DNA from: an uncultured Acidimicrobiia bacterium
GTDB taxonomy: Bacteria; Acidobacteriota; Vicinamibacteria; Vicinamibacterales; SCN-69-37
Assembly (NCBI GenBank): GCA_966252305.1
Contig: CBINOO010000005.1
Span: forward strand, 6,889 to 70,888
DNA length: 64,000 nucleotides
Reading direction: 5' to 3'
A model generated the notes under the pieces. The model was not told the origin of the DNA. It saw nothing but the letters and a program-made list of their open reading frames with translations, and ran no database searches. The number at the start of each line of letters is the position of its first letter. Position 1 is the stretch's first letter. This document shows, one piece after another, positions 47,530 through 57,099 of this stretch. Both the position numbers and the translations under genes were made by a program.

Positions 47530-48652
47530 ACAGATCCTTCACGCGCTCGAAGAACGGCTTGCCGTCGCCGTCCGTCTCGATGTCGCGTGCCTCGAGTGTC
47601 TCGACCGGCATGGTCTGTCCCAGCTGTTCGATCAGTTTTTTCTGTTCCTTCGACAGTTTGCGCGGCACGTCGACCACCAGGCGCACGTGGAGCGCGCCGG
47701 CGCCGCGGCCCGTGACGCTTGGCATGCCTTTGCCCTTGAACGACACAAGGGTGCCGTTGCCGGACCCGGCCGAGACCTGCACGGTCACCGGGCCGTCGGG
47801 GCCGTCCACGCGGAAGTCGCCGCCGAGGGCCATGACGGGGAAGGGCACGCGCACTTCGAGATACAGATCGTCGCCCTCACGTACGAACCTCGGGTGCGGT
47901 TTGACGTGGATGACGACATAGAGATCTCCAGGGGGACCGCCGGCGACTCCGTGTTCACCTTCGCCGTGCAGACGCAGGCGCTGGCCGTCGGCGATTCCTG
48001 CGGGGATGCGAACGGTGACCTTGCGGTCACGCACCTGTCGGCCGGTGCCGCGACAGCTGGGGCAAGGCTTGGGCACGATCTGGCCGGTGCCGCGACACTG
48101 GCCGCAGGGCCGCGAGACCACGAGGAAGCCCTGTTGATAGCGAAGCTGGCCGCGTCCCCCGCACTGCGGACAGGTTTCACGCGTGGTGCCGGGCGCTGCG
48201 CCGGTACCGCCGCAGGGCTCGCAGCCCTCTTCGCGGGGAATCTGGATCGGGGTTTCGACACCGCTGAACGACTCGTCGAAGGCGATCTCGAGGTCGTAGC
48301 GCAGGTCGCTGCCGCGTGTCGGGCCACCGCGTCGCGCGCCGCCGCCGAAACCAAAGAAATCACCGAGGATGTCCGAGAAGTCGCCGAAGATGTCGGCGTT
48401 GAAGCCGGGGCCGCCTGGTGCGGCGCCCGAGACACCTGCGTGGCCGAACTGGTCGTAGCGCGCGCGTTTGTCGGCATCGCCGAGCACCGAATACGCCTCG
48501 GCCGCTTCCTTGAACTTTTCTTCCGCCTCGGCGTTGCCCTGATTGCGGTCCGGGTGGTACTTCAGCGCCAGCTTCCGGTAGGCGCTCTTGATGTCCCCCT
48601 CGGAGGCTCCACGTTCGACGCCGAGGACCTGGTAGTAGTCCCGCTTGCTCAC
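47522..48652 (-). CDS. dnaJ: Molecular chaperone DnaJ
   Basis: GTG 48652 gives (M)[11 protein letters not shown]. Has the HPD motif, a Gly-rich region and four CxxCxGxG repeats. GTGA overlap with grpE. Confidence 0.92.
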   Translation of the reverse strand: MSKRDYYQVLGVERGASEGDIKSAYRKLALKYHPDRNQGNAEAEEKFKEAAEAYSVLGDADKRARYDQFGHAGVSGAAPGGPGFNADIFGDFSDILGDFFGFGGGARRGGPTRGSDLRYDLEIAFDESFSGVETPIQIPREEGCEPCGGTGAAPGTTRETCPQCGGRGQLRYQQGFLVVSRPCGQCRGTGQIVPKPCPSCRGTGRQVRDRKVTVRIPAGIADGQRLRLHGEGEHGVAGGPPGDLYVVIHVKPHPRFVREGDDLYLEVRVPFPVMALGGDFRVDGPDGPVTVQVSAGSGNGTLVSFKGKGMPSVTGRGAGALHVRLVVDVPRKLSKEQKKLIEQLGQTMPVETLEARDIETDGDGKPFFERVKDLFG

Positions 48653-49167
48653 GCCTTGGCCACCTTGACCATGGCCGCGCGCAGCAACTTGCCGCCGATG
48701 CGATAGCCCCTTCGCAGTTCCGCGAGGATCAGGCCATCCGGACGCCCGTCGGCTGCATCGTAGGCAACCGCTTCGTGCCACTCGGGATCAAACAGCTGCC
48801 CGTCGATCGCGATCGGTTCGACTCCGCGCCGCCGGAGCACGTCGACCAACTGGCGGTGGATCATCGTGACGCCCTGATGGTAGGCGGCCAGCTCCGGGTT
48901 GGTGTCGATACTGCCAGGTGCCGCCATGGCGCGCTCGAGGTCGTCGATGACCGGCAGGACGTCGCGCACGACGTCCATCGTCAGGTAGTCGGACAGGTCG
49001 CGGCGCTCGCGTTCGGTGCGCTTGCGGAAATTGTCGAACTCAGCCGTCATGCGCAGCAGGCGGTCGTACAGGTCGTCGCGTTCCTTCTGAAGGGCGGCGA
49101 CGTCCACGTCGGCTCGACCGCTGGACGTGCCCGGCGTGTCGGCAGGAGAGTCGTGTTCCGGATTCAT
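48649..49167 (-). CDS. grpE: Nucleotide exchange factor GrpE
   Basis: [16 protein letters not shown] signature. 172 aa, located between hrcA and dnaJ. Confidence 0.9.
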   Translation of the reverse strand: MNPEHDSPADTPGTSSGRADVDVAALQKERDDLYDRLLRMTAEFDNFRKRTERERRDLSDYLTMDVVRDVLPVIDDLERAMAAPGSIDTNPELAAYHQGVTMIHRQLVDVLRRRGVEPIAIDGQLFDPEWHEAVAYDAADGRPDGLILAELRRGYRIGGKLLRAAMVKVAKA

Positions 49168-50219
49168 GATGTCTTGTTGCCTTCCAGGACGCGCGTCACT
49201 GTCTGGGAGACGCCGTCCACAATGCTGATCGCCCGCTGGTACCGCATCCGTGTGGGGCCGATGACCCCAACCGTGCCCGTGCGTGTGCCGTCGTGGAACG
49301 TCGACGCGACGAGGCTGAACGGATGCATGTCAGGCGAGCTGTGTTCAGAGCCGATGACGACCGTCAGGCCGTCCGATTCGATGTACGAGGTGAGCAGTTC
49401 CACCAGCCGGTGTTTTTCCTCGAGCAGCTTGAACAGGGCCCGCAGGGTCTCCACCGTCACCAGTTCGCGGTCGACGACGCTGCCCATGCTGTCGAAGAGG
49501 AATGACGCGCCCTGGATGGACAGCGTTTCCTCCGGCGTCACTTCATCCAGGCCCGTCTGCGCCAGACGGAGCGCCTGCGCGAGCAACGCGTCGTAGAGGA
49601 TCCGCTCTTCGCGCAGCCGCGCCACGAGCGCTTCACGCGCCTCGAGCAGCGTCAGGCCCGTGAACTCGGCGTTGATGTACTGCGCGGCCTGCTGCAGCAC
49701 CGCCGCATCGTACGTCTCGGCGGACTCCACGACCTTGTGTGTGATCTGGTTGCCCGTGGCGACCACGATCACCAGGACGCGATGACTGTCGAGCGGGACG
49801 AAGTCGATATGCCGCAGCCGAACGGTCGGGCTGGCCGGCGCCAGGGCAAATGCCACTTGGTGTGACGCACGCGCCAGTTCCTGCGAGGCGTGCTCAAGCA
49901 AATCCCCGACGGTGCCCGCGCGCCGGAGGCGTGTTTCGATGTCGCCCGGTGTCTTCAGCCGCCGCCGCAGGTGGAGCAGCGAGTCCACATACAGGCGGTA
50001 CCCGGCATCGGTCGGCACACGGCCGGCCGACGTATGAGGCTGCCGCACGAGCCCCAGTTCTTCCAGGCGCGCGAGGATGTTGCGGACGGTGGCTGACGAC
50101 AGTCCCAAGCCGGAGTGTTCGGCCAGCCACGACGACGAGACAGGTTCACCCTGTTCGATGTAGTCCGACACCAGGCGCGCAAGGATGCGGCGCTGTCGTT
50201 CTGTCAGGTCGGTACTCAT
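49164..50219 (-). CDS. hrcA: Heat-inducible transcription repressor HrcA
   Basis: LTERQRRILARLVSDYIEQGEPVSS winged-helix start. 351 aa, with a CIRCE element immediately upstream. Confidence 0.9.
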   Translation of the reverse strand: MSTDLTERQRRILARLVSDYIEQGEPVSSSWLAEHSGLGLSSATVRNILARLEELGLVRQPHTSAGRVPTDAGYRLYVDSLLHLRRRLKTPGDIETRLRRAGTVGDLLEHASQELARASHQVAFALAPASPTVRLRHIDFVPLDSHRVLVIVVATGNQITHKVVESAETYDAAVLQQAAQYINAEFTGLTLLEAREALVARLREERILYDALLAQALRLAQTGLDEVTPEETLSIQGASFLFDSMGSVVDRELVTVETLRALFKLLEEKHRLVELLTSYIESDGLTVVIGSEHSSPDMHPFSLVASTFHDGTRTGTVGVIGPTRMRYQRAISIVDGVSQTVTRVLEGNKTS

Positions 50220-50230
50220 GGCATCGAGTG

Positions 50231-50257
50231 TTAGCAGTCGGCAGTGAAGACTGCTAA
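50231..50257. promoter_or_regulatory. CIRCE operator (HrcA binding site) upstream of hrcA
   Basis: Perfect inverted repeat TTAGCAGTC-N9-GACTGCTAA. Consensus is TTAGCACTC-N9-GAGTGCTAA, and the single deviation is mirrored in both arms. A TATACT -10-like hexamer (complement of 50261-50266) lies just upstream on the minus strand. Confidence 0.85.
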
Positions 50258-50283
50258 GCCAGTATAACAGGCCCGCCGGACCC

Positions 50284-52602
50284 TCATTGCCGGTGCATCT
50301 CGCAGTACTGCCAGGGTTCGCTGCCGGACAGGAACGCCTCGCTGATCACGCGCGGACAGTTGGGACCGGCCAGCAGGCCCGTTTCCGGGTCGATGTCGAC
50401 CATGACGACGCCGTCAGGAATGGCAAACCGCTGGTCAGGGCGGCCGGCGAGGGCTCGTCGCATGAAATTCGTCCAGATGGGCAGGGCGGCCTGGGCGCCG
50501 CCAAGGCCGACGGGCTGGTTGTCGTCGAAACCGACCCAGACCACCGTCAACAACTCAGGTGTCAGCCCGGCGAACCACGCATCGCGCAGGTCGTTTGTGG
50601 TGCCGGACTTGCCGGCCGCATCGAGTCGGAAGCCCTGGGAGCGCGCCCCTGCGCCGGTACCCTCGTTCATGACCGCGCGCATCATGTTGGTGACCAGGTA
50701 CGTCGTGTCTGGACGCGCCACTTCCCGGGCATTCCCCGGCGACACGAGTCGCGCCTTGCCGTCTTCGACGATCCGGGTCAACGCGCGCAGGGGCCGGAGG
50801 CGACCGCCGTTGGCGAAGATCGTGTAGGACGTGGCAATCTCGAGCGGCGAGGCCTCAAAGACGCCAAGCGCGATGGACGGATAGGGACGCGCCTGGGTGC
50901 CCACGCCAACCTTCTGCCAGAGCGCGGCTACGCGTTCGTACCCGGTTTCCTCCGCGACCTTGATCGCGGCGATGTTGCGCGACATCGCGAGGGCGCGCCG
51001 CAGCGAGACCGGCCCGTCATATTCGTCGGCGTAGTTGCCCGGTTCATAGGGTTTGTCGCCGTCCATGAAGATCGTCGGCTCATCGAGGACGATCGAGGCC
51101 GGTGTCGGGCCGGCCGCCCCTTCCGCGGCCATGTGCTCAAACGCCGCGAGATACACAAACGGCTTGAAGATCGATCCGGGCTGACGCTGTGTCGTGACCG
51201 CGCGGTTGTACTGGGACTGGCTGTACGACCGACCGCCAACCATCGCGACAATGTCGCCGGTGCGCGGGTCAACGGCCACCAGCGCCACCTGCACCTGGCC
51301 GCGTTTTTTGCGCGCCGCCATCTGCTTGTCCAGCGCCACGACGCCATCGGCCACCGCTTCCTGCGCGATGCGCTGAAACTGCAGGTCGATCGTCGTGTAG
51401 ACGTCGACCTGGGCATTGGTCTCGAACAACCCGGCGTATCGCTCCTCGACCTGTCGGGTCACGTAGTCGACGAAATAGGGCGCTTCATTTTCGAGCGCCC
51501 GCGCGGCCAGGCCCAGTGGCGCCTTGCGCGCCGCTTCCGCCTCGGCTTCGGTGATCGCGCCGGTCTCCACCATGGCCGACAGCACGACGTTGCGACGCTC
51601 GATGGCGCGTTCGGGATTGCGGAACGGGGACAACCGGGACGGCGACTGGAGCAGGCCGGCAATCGTCGCGGCCTCCGCCAGCGACACATTCCGGACGTCC
51701 TTGCCGAAGAAGATGCGCGCCGCTTCGGCCACGCCGTGAATTGCGAAGGGACCGCGCTGCCCCAGCACCATTTCGTTGAGGTACAACTCGAAAATCTGGT
51801 CCTTGGACAGGCGCGATTCCAGCACCAGCGCCATGAACTGTTCCTGCACCTTGCGACGCATCGTCTGCTCGCGGGTCAGAAACGTGTTTTTCACGATCTG
51901 TTGCGTCAGCGTGGATCCTCCCACCAGATACGTCCGGTCGCCGAACAGGTTGGTGAAGATCGCCGCGGCGGACCGAATGACATCAACGCCCGGATGGTCA
52001 TAAAACCGCCGGTCCTCGATGGCGAGAACCGCGTTGCGCATGCGCTCGGGAATGGAGGCGAGCGGCGTGAACCTCCGCTTTTCGCCCGTCGCAAATGCCG
52101 TGAGCATGGGCGCCTCCAACGTCAACTCCGGCACAGGCCGGTTGTCCTCATCGCGCACGATGCGGACGACGGTGGGCTGCGTGCCCTTGCCGAACTCCAC
52201 CCGAATGACCTTGGCGTTCTCGGCACGCGGAAACAGGCGCATCTGGAGTTCCGCCACGGCAAACTCGCCCGGCCCCTCGATCACCTCGCGTCGGGCATAC
52301 CCCACGTCATTGAGGCGCTCCTCCAGTTGCTGAGGGGAGAGGGCCTGGCCTGGGCGCAGCACGAACGGCCTGCCGAAAATCCGGGGAATGAACCGCTGCT
52401 CTCCGTTGAGGCGGGCGTCAATCTGCGCGGCGTAGGTGGACCACAGGTAGCCGACAAAGAGCAATCCCAGCGCCAGCGGAATGACCAGGGCCGCGATGAC
52501 CGCCGGGCGCGCGCGAAGCCAGCCCCAGGCGCGTACGAGCCGTCCAGACCGTGATTTGGGCGGACGTCGGCGGGTGGCCTGCGGGCGAGTGGTCATGCGC
52601 AC
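50284..52602 (-). CDS. mrcA: Bifunctional penicillin-binding protein 1A (glycosyltransferase 51 + transpeptidase)
   Basis: GT51 motifs AIEDRRFYDHPGVD and GGSTLTQQ. Transpeptidase motifs SIFKPF (SxxK), SRN and KSGTT. N-terminal TM anchor. Confidence 0.9.
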   Translation of the reverse strand: MRMTTRPQATRRRPPKSRSGRLVRAWGWLRARPAVIAALVIPLALGLLFVGYLWSTYAAQIDARLNGEQRFIPRIFGRPFVLRPGQALSPQQLEERLNDVGYARREVIEGPGEFAVAELQMRLFPRAENAKVIRVEFGKGTQPTVVRIVRDEDNRPVPELTLEAPMLTAFATGEKRRFTPLASIPERMRNAVLAIEDRRFYDHPGVDVIRSAAAIFTNLFGDRTYLVGGSTLTQQIVKNTFLTREQTMRRKVQEQFMALVLESRLSKDQIFELYLNEMVLGQRGPFAIHGVAEAARIFFGKDVRNVSLAEAATIAGLLQSPSRLSPFRNPERAIERRNVVLSAMVETGAITEAEAEAARKAPLGLAARALENEAPYFVDYVTRQVEERYAGLFETNAQVDVYTTIDLQFQRIAQEAVADGVVALDKQMAARKKRGQVQVALVAVDPRTGDIVAMVGGRSYSQSQYNRAVTTQRQPGSIFKPFVYLAAFEHMAAEGAAGPTPASIVLDEPTIFMDGDKPYEPGNYADEYDGPVSLRRALAMSRNIAAIKVAEETGYERVAALWQKVGVGTQARPYPSIALGVFEASPLEIATSYTIFANGGRLRPLRALTRIVEDGKARLVSPGNAREVARPDTTYLVTNMMRAVMNEGTGAGARSQGFRLDAAGKSGTTNDLRDAWFAGLTPELLTVVWVGFDDNQPVGLGGAQAALPIWTNFMRRALAGRPDQRFAIPDGVVMVDIDPETGLLAGPNCPRVISEAFLSGSEPWQYCEMHRQ

Positions 52603-52651
52603 AAAAGTGTATAGTCTTGACTTTGTTAATTCGTTGAACGAAGCCGGACGC

Positions 52652-53917
52652 GTGAGTCTACCAACTGAGTTCGTGCCGGGGGGGGCTGGGGGCAGCCTGA
52701 ATACACGCCGCGTGAATCGCCAGCGGCTGCTCGAAGCTGTACGTCACGCCGGCCCGATCTCCCGGGCGGATCTGGCCAAGACCATCGGGCTCAGCCCTCC
52801 GACGGTGTCGGCGCTGGTTGAAGACCTGGTTCAGGAGGTCGGGCTGCTGCGCGAAGTCGGGATGGGGACGTCCAAAGGCGGACGTCCGCCGATCATGCTG
52901 CAGTTCAACGCCGAATACGGGTACCTCGTGGGCGTCGACGTGGGCTCACGGACGCTCCGCGTCGCGCTGACCGACCTGCAGGGCCGCGTGCTTGCGCGGC
53001 ATCAGGAGGCGACCAGCGCGGCATCGGGCGCGGCGATCCTTGACCAGATTTACGCAGGGGTGGACCAGGTCTTCCGCCACGCGCGACGGGACCGCTCGAA
53101 GTTGTATGCCGTCGGGATCGGCGCGCCCGGCATGACCGATGTGCAATCGGGACGGGTCATCCGCGCGGTCAATCTTCCCGGCTGGGTGGATCTGCCGCTG
53201 CAGGAGCTGACGGAAGCACGCCTCGGCGCCGCGGTGCGCGTCGACAACGACGCGAACATGGCGGCGCTGGGCGAACGCTGGCGCGGGTGTGCCCGCCAGA
53301 TGGACGACTTCGTCTTCATTGCGCTGGGGGCTGGTGTTGGCGCGGGCGTGGTCGTGGGTGGTCGCCTGCATCGCGGGCACCACTGGTACGCGGGCGAGAT
53401 CAGCCACATGAACGTCGACTTCCGCGAGTGGGAAGCCGACTTCGGGGAACGCGGGTACCTCGAAAGCCGCATTGGGGCGGGCGCCATTGCCGACTGGCAG
53501 CACGCGCGACCGCTGGTCGAGGACATGACCACCGCGCCGCACGATCGGGCGTCCGCGGTGATGCGCATCATCGAGGCCGCGCGGGCCGGTGACCCACGCG
53601 CCGCGGCCGTGCTCGACGAACTTGCCGTGTACCTCGGCACTGCCGTCGCCAACATCGTCGCGGTGCTCGATCCGGCGCTGGTGGTCTTCGGCGGCGGTCT
53701 CAGTCACGCCGGGGACCTGCTGCTGGCCCCGTTGCGTCGCGTGGTGGCGAAAGTCGTCCCGAACGTGCCGGCACTTGCGATCTCTTCCCTGGGCGATGAT
53801 GCCCAGCTGCTCGGCGCCGTGCGATCCGCCATGGAGATTGCCGAAGCGCGGCTGGCCAACTGGCTCAGCTCCACATCATTTCCTCCCCGCGCGATGGGTC
53901 GCGCGGGCACTCGTTAG
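52652..53917 (+). CDS. ROK-family transcriptional regulator (NagC/XylR type), lacking the canonical Cys zinc motif
   Basis: wHTH GPISRADLAKTIGLSPPTVSALVEDL, ROK sugar-kinase fold motifs GVDVGSR and DNDANMAALGE. The start is uncertain: GTG 52652, TTG 52634, GTG 52607 and ATG 52595 are all in frame. Confidence 0.7.
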   Translation: MSLPTEFVPGGAGGSLNTRRVNRQRLLEAVRHAGPISRADLAKTIGLSPPTVSALVEDLVQEVGLLREVGMGTSKGGRPPIMLQFNAEYGYLVGVDVGSRTLRVALTDLQGRVLARHQEATSAASGAAILDQIYAGVDQVFRHARRDRSKLYAVGIGAPGMTDVQSGRVIRAVNLPGWVDLPLQELTEARLGAAVRVDNDANMAALGERWRGCARQMDDFVFIALGAGVGAGVVVGGRLHRGHHWYAGEISHMNVDFREWEADFGERGYLESRIGAGAIADWQHARPLVEDMTTAPHDRASAVMRIIEAARAGDPRAAAVLDELAVYLGTAVANIVAVLDPALVVFGGGLSHAGDLLLAPLRRVVAKVVPNVPALAISSLGDDAQLLGAVRSAMEIAEARLANWLSSTSFPPRAMGRAGTR

Positions 53918-53926
53918 GGTTCCCTC

Positions 53927-55384
53927 ATGCCGTTTTCTCCTGACTACGTTCGCATTGTGCTGAACGAGAACTTCGAAGATGCCAAGGCGCTGTTTCTCGA
54001 GCCGCTGATGGCCATCCACTACGCGCACCTGTGCATGTTGCGTGACACGGGCATCGTGTCGCTTGACGATGCCCGGGCCATCCGCCGGGCGCTCGACGGC
54101 ATTTCGCTCGATGCCGTGCGCGCCGCGACGTATGACGGCACGTACGAAGACCTGTTTTTCTACCTGGAACGGCAGGTCGTCGAGGCGTGCGGCGCGGACG
54201 TCGCGGGCCGCCTGCACACCGCCCGGTCGCGCAACGACATCGACATGACGATGTACCGGATGCGGATCCGGGAGTTCCTGCTTGGACTCACCGAGGCAAC
54301 GCTGCAACTGCGACAGTCACTCATCGACGTCGCGTCCCGCCATCGGCACACGGTGTATCCCGCCCACACGCATACACAGCCGGCGCAGCCCTCGACGGTG
54401 GCGCACTACCTGCTCGGCGCGATTGAGCAGCTCGAGCGCGACGGCACGAGGCTCAAGGCCGCCTTTGCGTGCGTGAATCAGAACCCGCTCGGCGCGTGTG
54501 CCATTACGGGCACGGGTTTCCCCATCGATCGGTACCGCACGTCGGCGCTGCTCGGCTTTGATGGTCCGACCGGCAATACGTATGGGAGCATCGCGACCGT
54601 CGACTACCTCCTCGAGAGCGCGGCGGCCTCCGCGGTCACGTTGGTCGGCGTCGGCCGGCTGGTGCAGGACCTGCTGCTGTGGTGCACGATGGAGGTCGGA
54701 TACCTCCGGCTGACGGATGGCTTCGTGCAGATCAGCAGCATCATGCCGCAGAAGCGCAATCCCGTCGCGCTCGAGCATGCGCGCGCGCTGGCGTCAAAGG
54801 CGTTCGCGCAGGCCGGCGCAATTCCGGTGTCGGTGCACAACACGCCCTTCGGCGACATTGTCGATACGGAGGACGACCTGCAGCCGCTGGTGGCGGCCAT
54901 GTTCAAGGACGCCATTCGCGCGGTGTCGCTGGTGGCGGTTGCGCTGGAAGGCGCCGACTTCGACGTGGAGAAGATGCGTCGTCGCGCCGGAGAGAACTGG
55001 ATTTCCATCACTGAACTGGCCGACACGCTGGCGCGGGAACGTGGACTCCCGTTCCGCGCCGGCCACAGCATCGCGACCCGGCTGGTGCGCGCACGCCAGG
55101 CCAGGCCGGACGCGCCCCTGGCCACGCTGCTCGCGGAGGTGTCAGCCGAAGTGACCGGCGCCGCCGTGGAGTACACCCCCGAGGCCCTCGACACGCTGTT
55201 GAGCCCCGAGCATTTTGTTGAACTGCGCAAGACCCTGGGCGGCCCGTCACCCGAGGTGACCGGAGCTGCGCTCGAGCAGTCGCGCGCGTTGCTCACGGAA
55301 GACACCGGTTGGGTGGCCGCCACGCGGTCGCGCCTGGTCGGCGCGGAAGCCGCGTTGCGCGCCGCCGTGGTGGGGATGGGATAG
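53927..55384 (+). CDS. Argininosuccinate lyase-family (fumarate lyase superfamily) protein, divergent N-terminus
   Basis: HTARSRNDIDMT and SSIMPQKRNP signature loops. It lacks the usual LWGGRF start of ArgH. Confidence 0.7.
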   Translation: MPFSPDYVRIVLNENFEDAKALFLEPLMAIHYAHLCMLRDTGIVSLDDARAIRRALDGISLDAVRAATYDGTYEDLFFYLERQVVEACGADVAGRLHTARSRNDIDMTMYRMRIREFLLGLTEATLQLRQSLIDVASRHRHTVYPAHTHTQPAQPSTVAHYLLGAIEQLERDGTRLKAAFACVNQNPLGACAITGTGFPIDRYRTSALLGFDGPTGNTYGSIATVDYLLESAAASAVTLVGVGRLVQDLLLWCTMEVGYLRLTDGFVQISSIMPQKRNPVALEHARALASKAFAQAGAIPVSVHNTPFGDIVDTEDDLQPLVAAMFKDAIRAVSLVAVALEGADFDVEKMRRRAGENWISITELADTLARERGLPFRAGHSIATRLVRARQARPDAPLATLLAEVSAEVTGAAVEYTPEALDTLLSPEHFVELRKTLGGPSPEVTGAALEQSRALLTEDTGWVAATRSRLVGAEAALRAAVVGMG

Positions 55385-55389
55385 ACGCG

Positions 55390-57057
55390 TTACAGCGCCA
55401 CGACGAAGTGGCGGCCCATGTCGAGCGGCAGGCCTTCCACGAGACGGTCACATACCGCCTGCCCGTAGCGGTTCACGAAGAACGCGAGGTCGACGATCCG
55501 CTCCTGCGGGTGGCCTTCCGGAAAGGCGAGCGCCTGCGTGCGCGTGAACTGACGACGCAGCGTTTCGTCCTTGCGTTTTGACGCCGTGATGACCTTGGTG
55601 TGCAGGTGTTTGAGCGTCTCCTGCATGCGGTCGATCGTGGTCTGTGCGGCGCCTGCCAGTGTGGCATCCACCGAGGCCACCAGCGGCGTCAACGATTCGA
55701 TTCGTCTGCGCAGTTCCTCGCGCAGCGCCTCGAAGCCGTCTTCGAGCCCGTCGGGCAACTGGTCCTGCAGCAGGCGGTTGAGCGCGGCCTCATCGTGCGG
55801 CTGCAGCGCTTCGAGCGGCAGGCCGTACTTCTCCAGGAAACGCACGCCGGCCGAGTCAAGCAGTGTGGCGTTGGCGCGCGGATACAGCAGCGGCATCTCC
55901 ACGCCAAAGTCCTTGTAGATCGCGCCGAGCTGCGCCTGGTAGGCAAGTTCGGACGGTCCCGCCACGTAACAGATCGTGGGGAACAGCAGGTCCTGGACCA
56001 CCGGACGCAGGAGCACGTTCGGAGAGAAGCGCTCCGGATTGCTTTCAGCTTCCTGTCGCACATCCGCCTGCGGACGTACGGTGTCACCAATCACGTACTC
56101 GTCGCCGCGGCGCTTGATGGAAACACGCTGACCGCCGCCGAGGTAGAACAACGCCACGCTGTCATCGGACGGATCAACCTGCGGTTCGTGTCCGAGCGCG
56201 CGCATCGTGTCGCCGGTCGTCTTGGCGAAGTGCGCGGTGCGGCAGGGCGCATCCAGTTCCTTCGTGAACAGCCGGCTCACCAGCGGCTTGGCTGCCGGAT
56301 CGGCGGCTTCAAAGACGACCAGGCCGTATCGCCCGAGCAGGTCGTCCATCCAGGAGGCGAACGCCGTGCCCATCTTGCGGCCGGGCTGATAGTGTCGGCG
56401 CAGCCGCGCCATGAGGTCTTCGGTGAACTCGGTCGGCGGCAGGGCCTGCTCGAGTGCCGCGAGCGCATCGCCAATGCCTTCGTCGAGCACGAGTGAGGCG
56501 ACGGGGCGATGGCCCGCGCCATCGAGGGTGTCGAGTTCGATCTCCCGGAGCGCAAGGTCGCCGTCGAGTACGCGTGCCGTGCGGACTTCATCCCAATCGT
56601 GGTCTTCGGCCTCGACCCAGAAGATGGGAATGGCCACGACGCCGTGACGCGCGGCCATCTGGCGCGCGAGGCGAATGGCGGTGACGGCTTTGAGCAGTGT
56701 GTAGAGTGGGCCGCCAAACACGCCGGCCTGCTGGCCGGTCACGATCGCGACCGTGTCGGCGTCGGCCAGTCGCGTCGCTGCCGCGCGCGCGTGAGCAGGC
56801 GCACCACGTCGCTCGAGCTGCGCAGCGACGACACGCGCAAGGCCCGCGCGATCACGCGAGACCTGGCGCGTCCGAGCGATGGCATCAGTCCAGGCGGCGG
56901 GATCGGCGGGATTCCCGGTGAACAAACCGGCAACACTGGGGAAGTTCGACGAGTACGCCGCGACGAGCGGACGAATCCAGGAAAAACGCTTGATGTCGAT
57001 GGCCTCACGAACCAGGCCTGGGGCAGCTGTCACGGACGACTCGGGTTGCGCGGACAC
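55390..57057 (-). CDS. bshC: Bacillithiol biosynthesis cysteine-adding enzyme BshC-like protein
   Basis: 555 aa. The LLRPVVQDLLFPTICYVAGPSELAYQAQL block matches my recollection of the BshC/DUF2317 signature. C-terminal coiled-coil. GTG start. Confidence 0.65.
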   Translation of the reverse strand: MSAQPESSVTAAPGLVREAIDIKRFSWIRPLVAAYSSNFPSVAGLFTGNPADPAAWTDAIARTRQVSRDRAGLARVVAAQLERRGAPAHARAAATRLADADTVAIVTGQQAGVFGGPLYTLLKAVTAIRLARQMAARHGVVAIPIFWVEAEDHDWDEVRTARVLDGDLALREIELDTLDGAGHRPVASLVLDEGIGDALAALEQALPPTEFTEDLMARLRRHYQPGRKMGTAFASWMDDLLGRYGLVVFEAADPAAKPLVSRLFTKELDAPCRTAHFAKTTGDTMRALGHEPQVDPSDDSVALFYLGGGQRVSIKRRGDEYVIGDTVRPQADVRQEAESNPERFSPNVLLRPVVQDLLFPTICYVAGPSELAYQAQLGAIYKDFGVEMPLLYPRANATLLDSAGVRFLEKYGLPLEALQPHDEAALNRLLQDQLPDGLEDGFEALREELRRRIESLTPLVASVDATLAGAAQTTIDRMQETLKHLHTKVITASKRKDETLRRQFTRTQALAFPEGHPQERIVDLAFFVNRYGQAVCDRLVEGLPLDMGRHFVVAL

Positions 57058-57099
57058 CGGCCCAATTTACTACAGCGAACGCCGACCGAACGGGTCGAC

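Noticed and set aside
56509-57099. 197-codon N-terminal extension of the pseudokinase ORF
   Set aside because: It is antisense to bshC and has no kinase-related sequence. ATG 57100 (MLKWSDRF...) precedes the Gly-rich loop at a normal distance.
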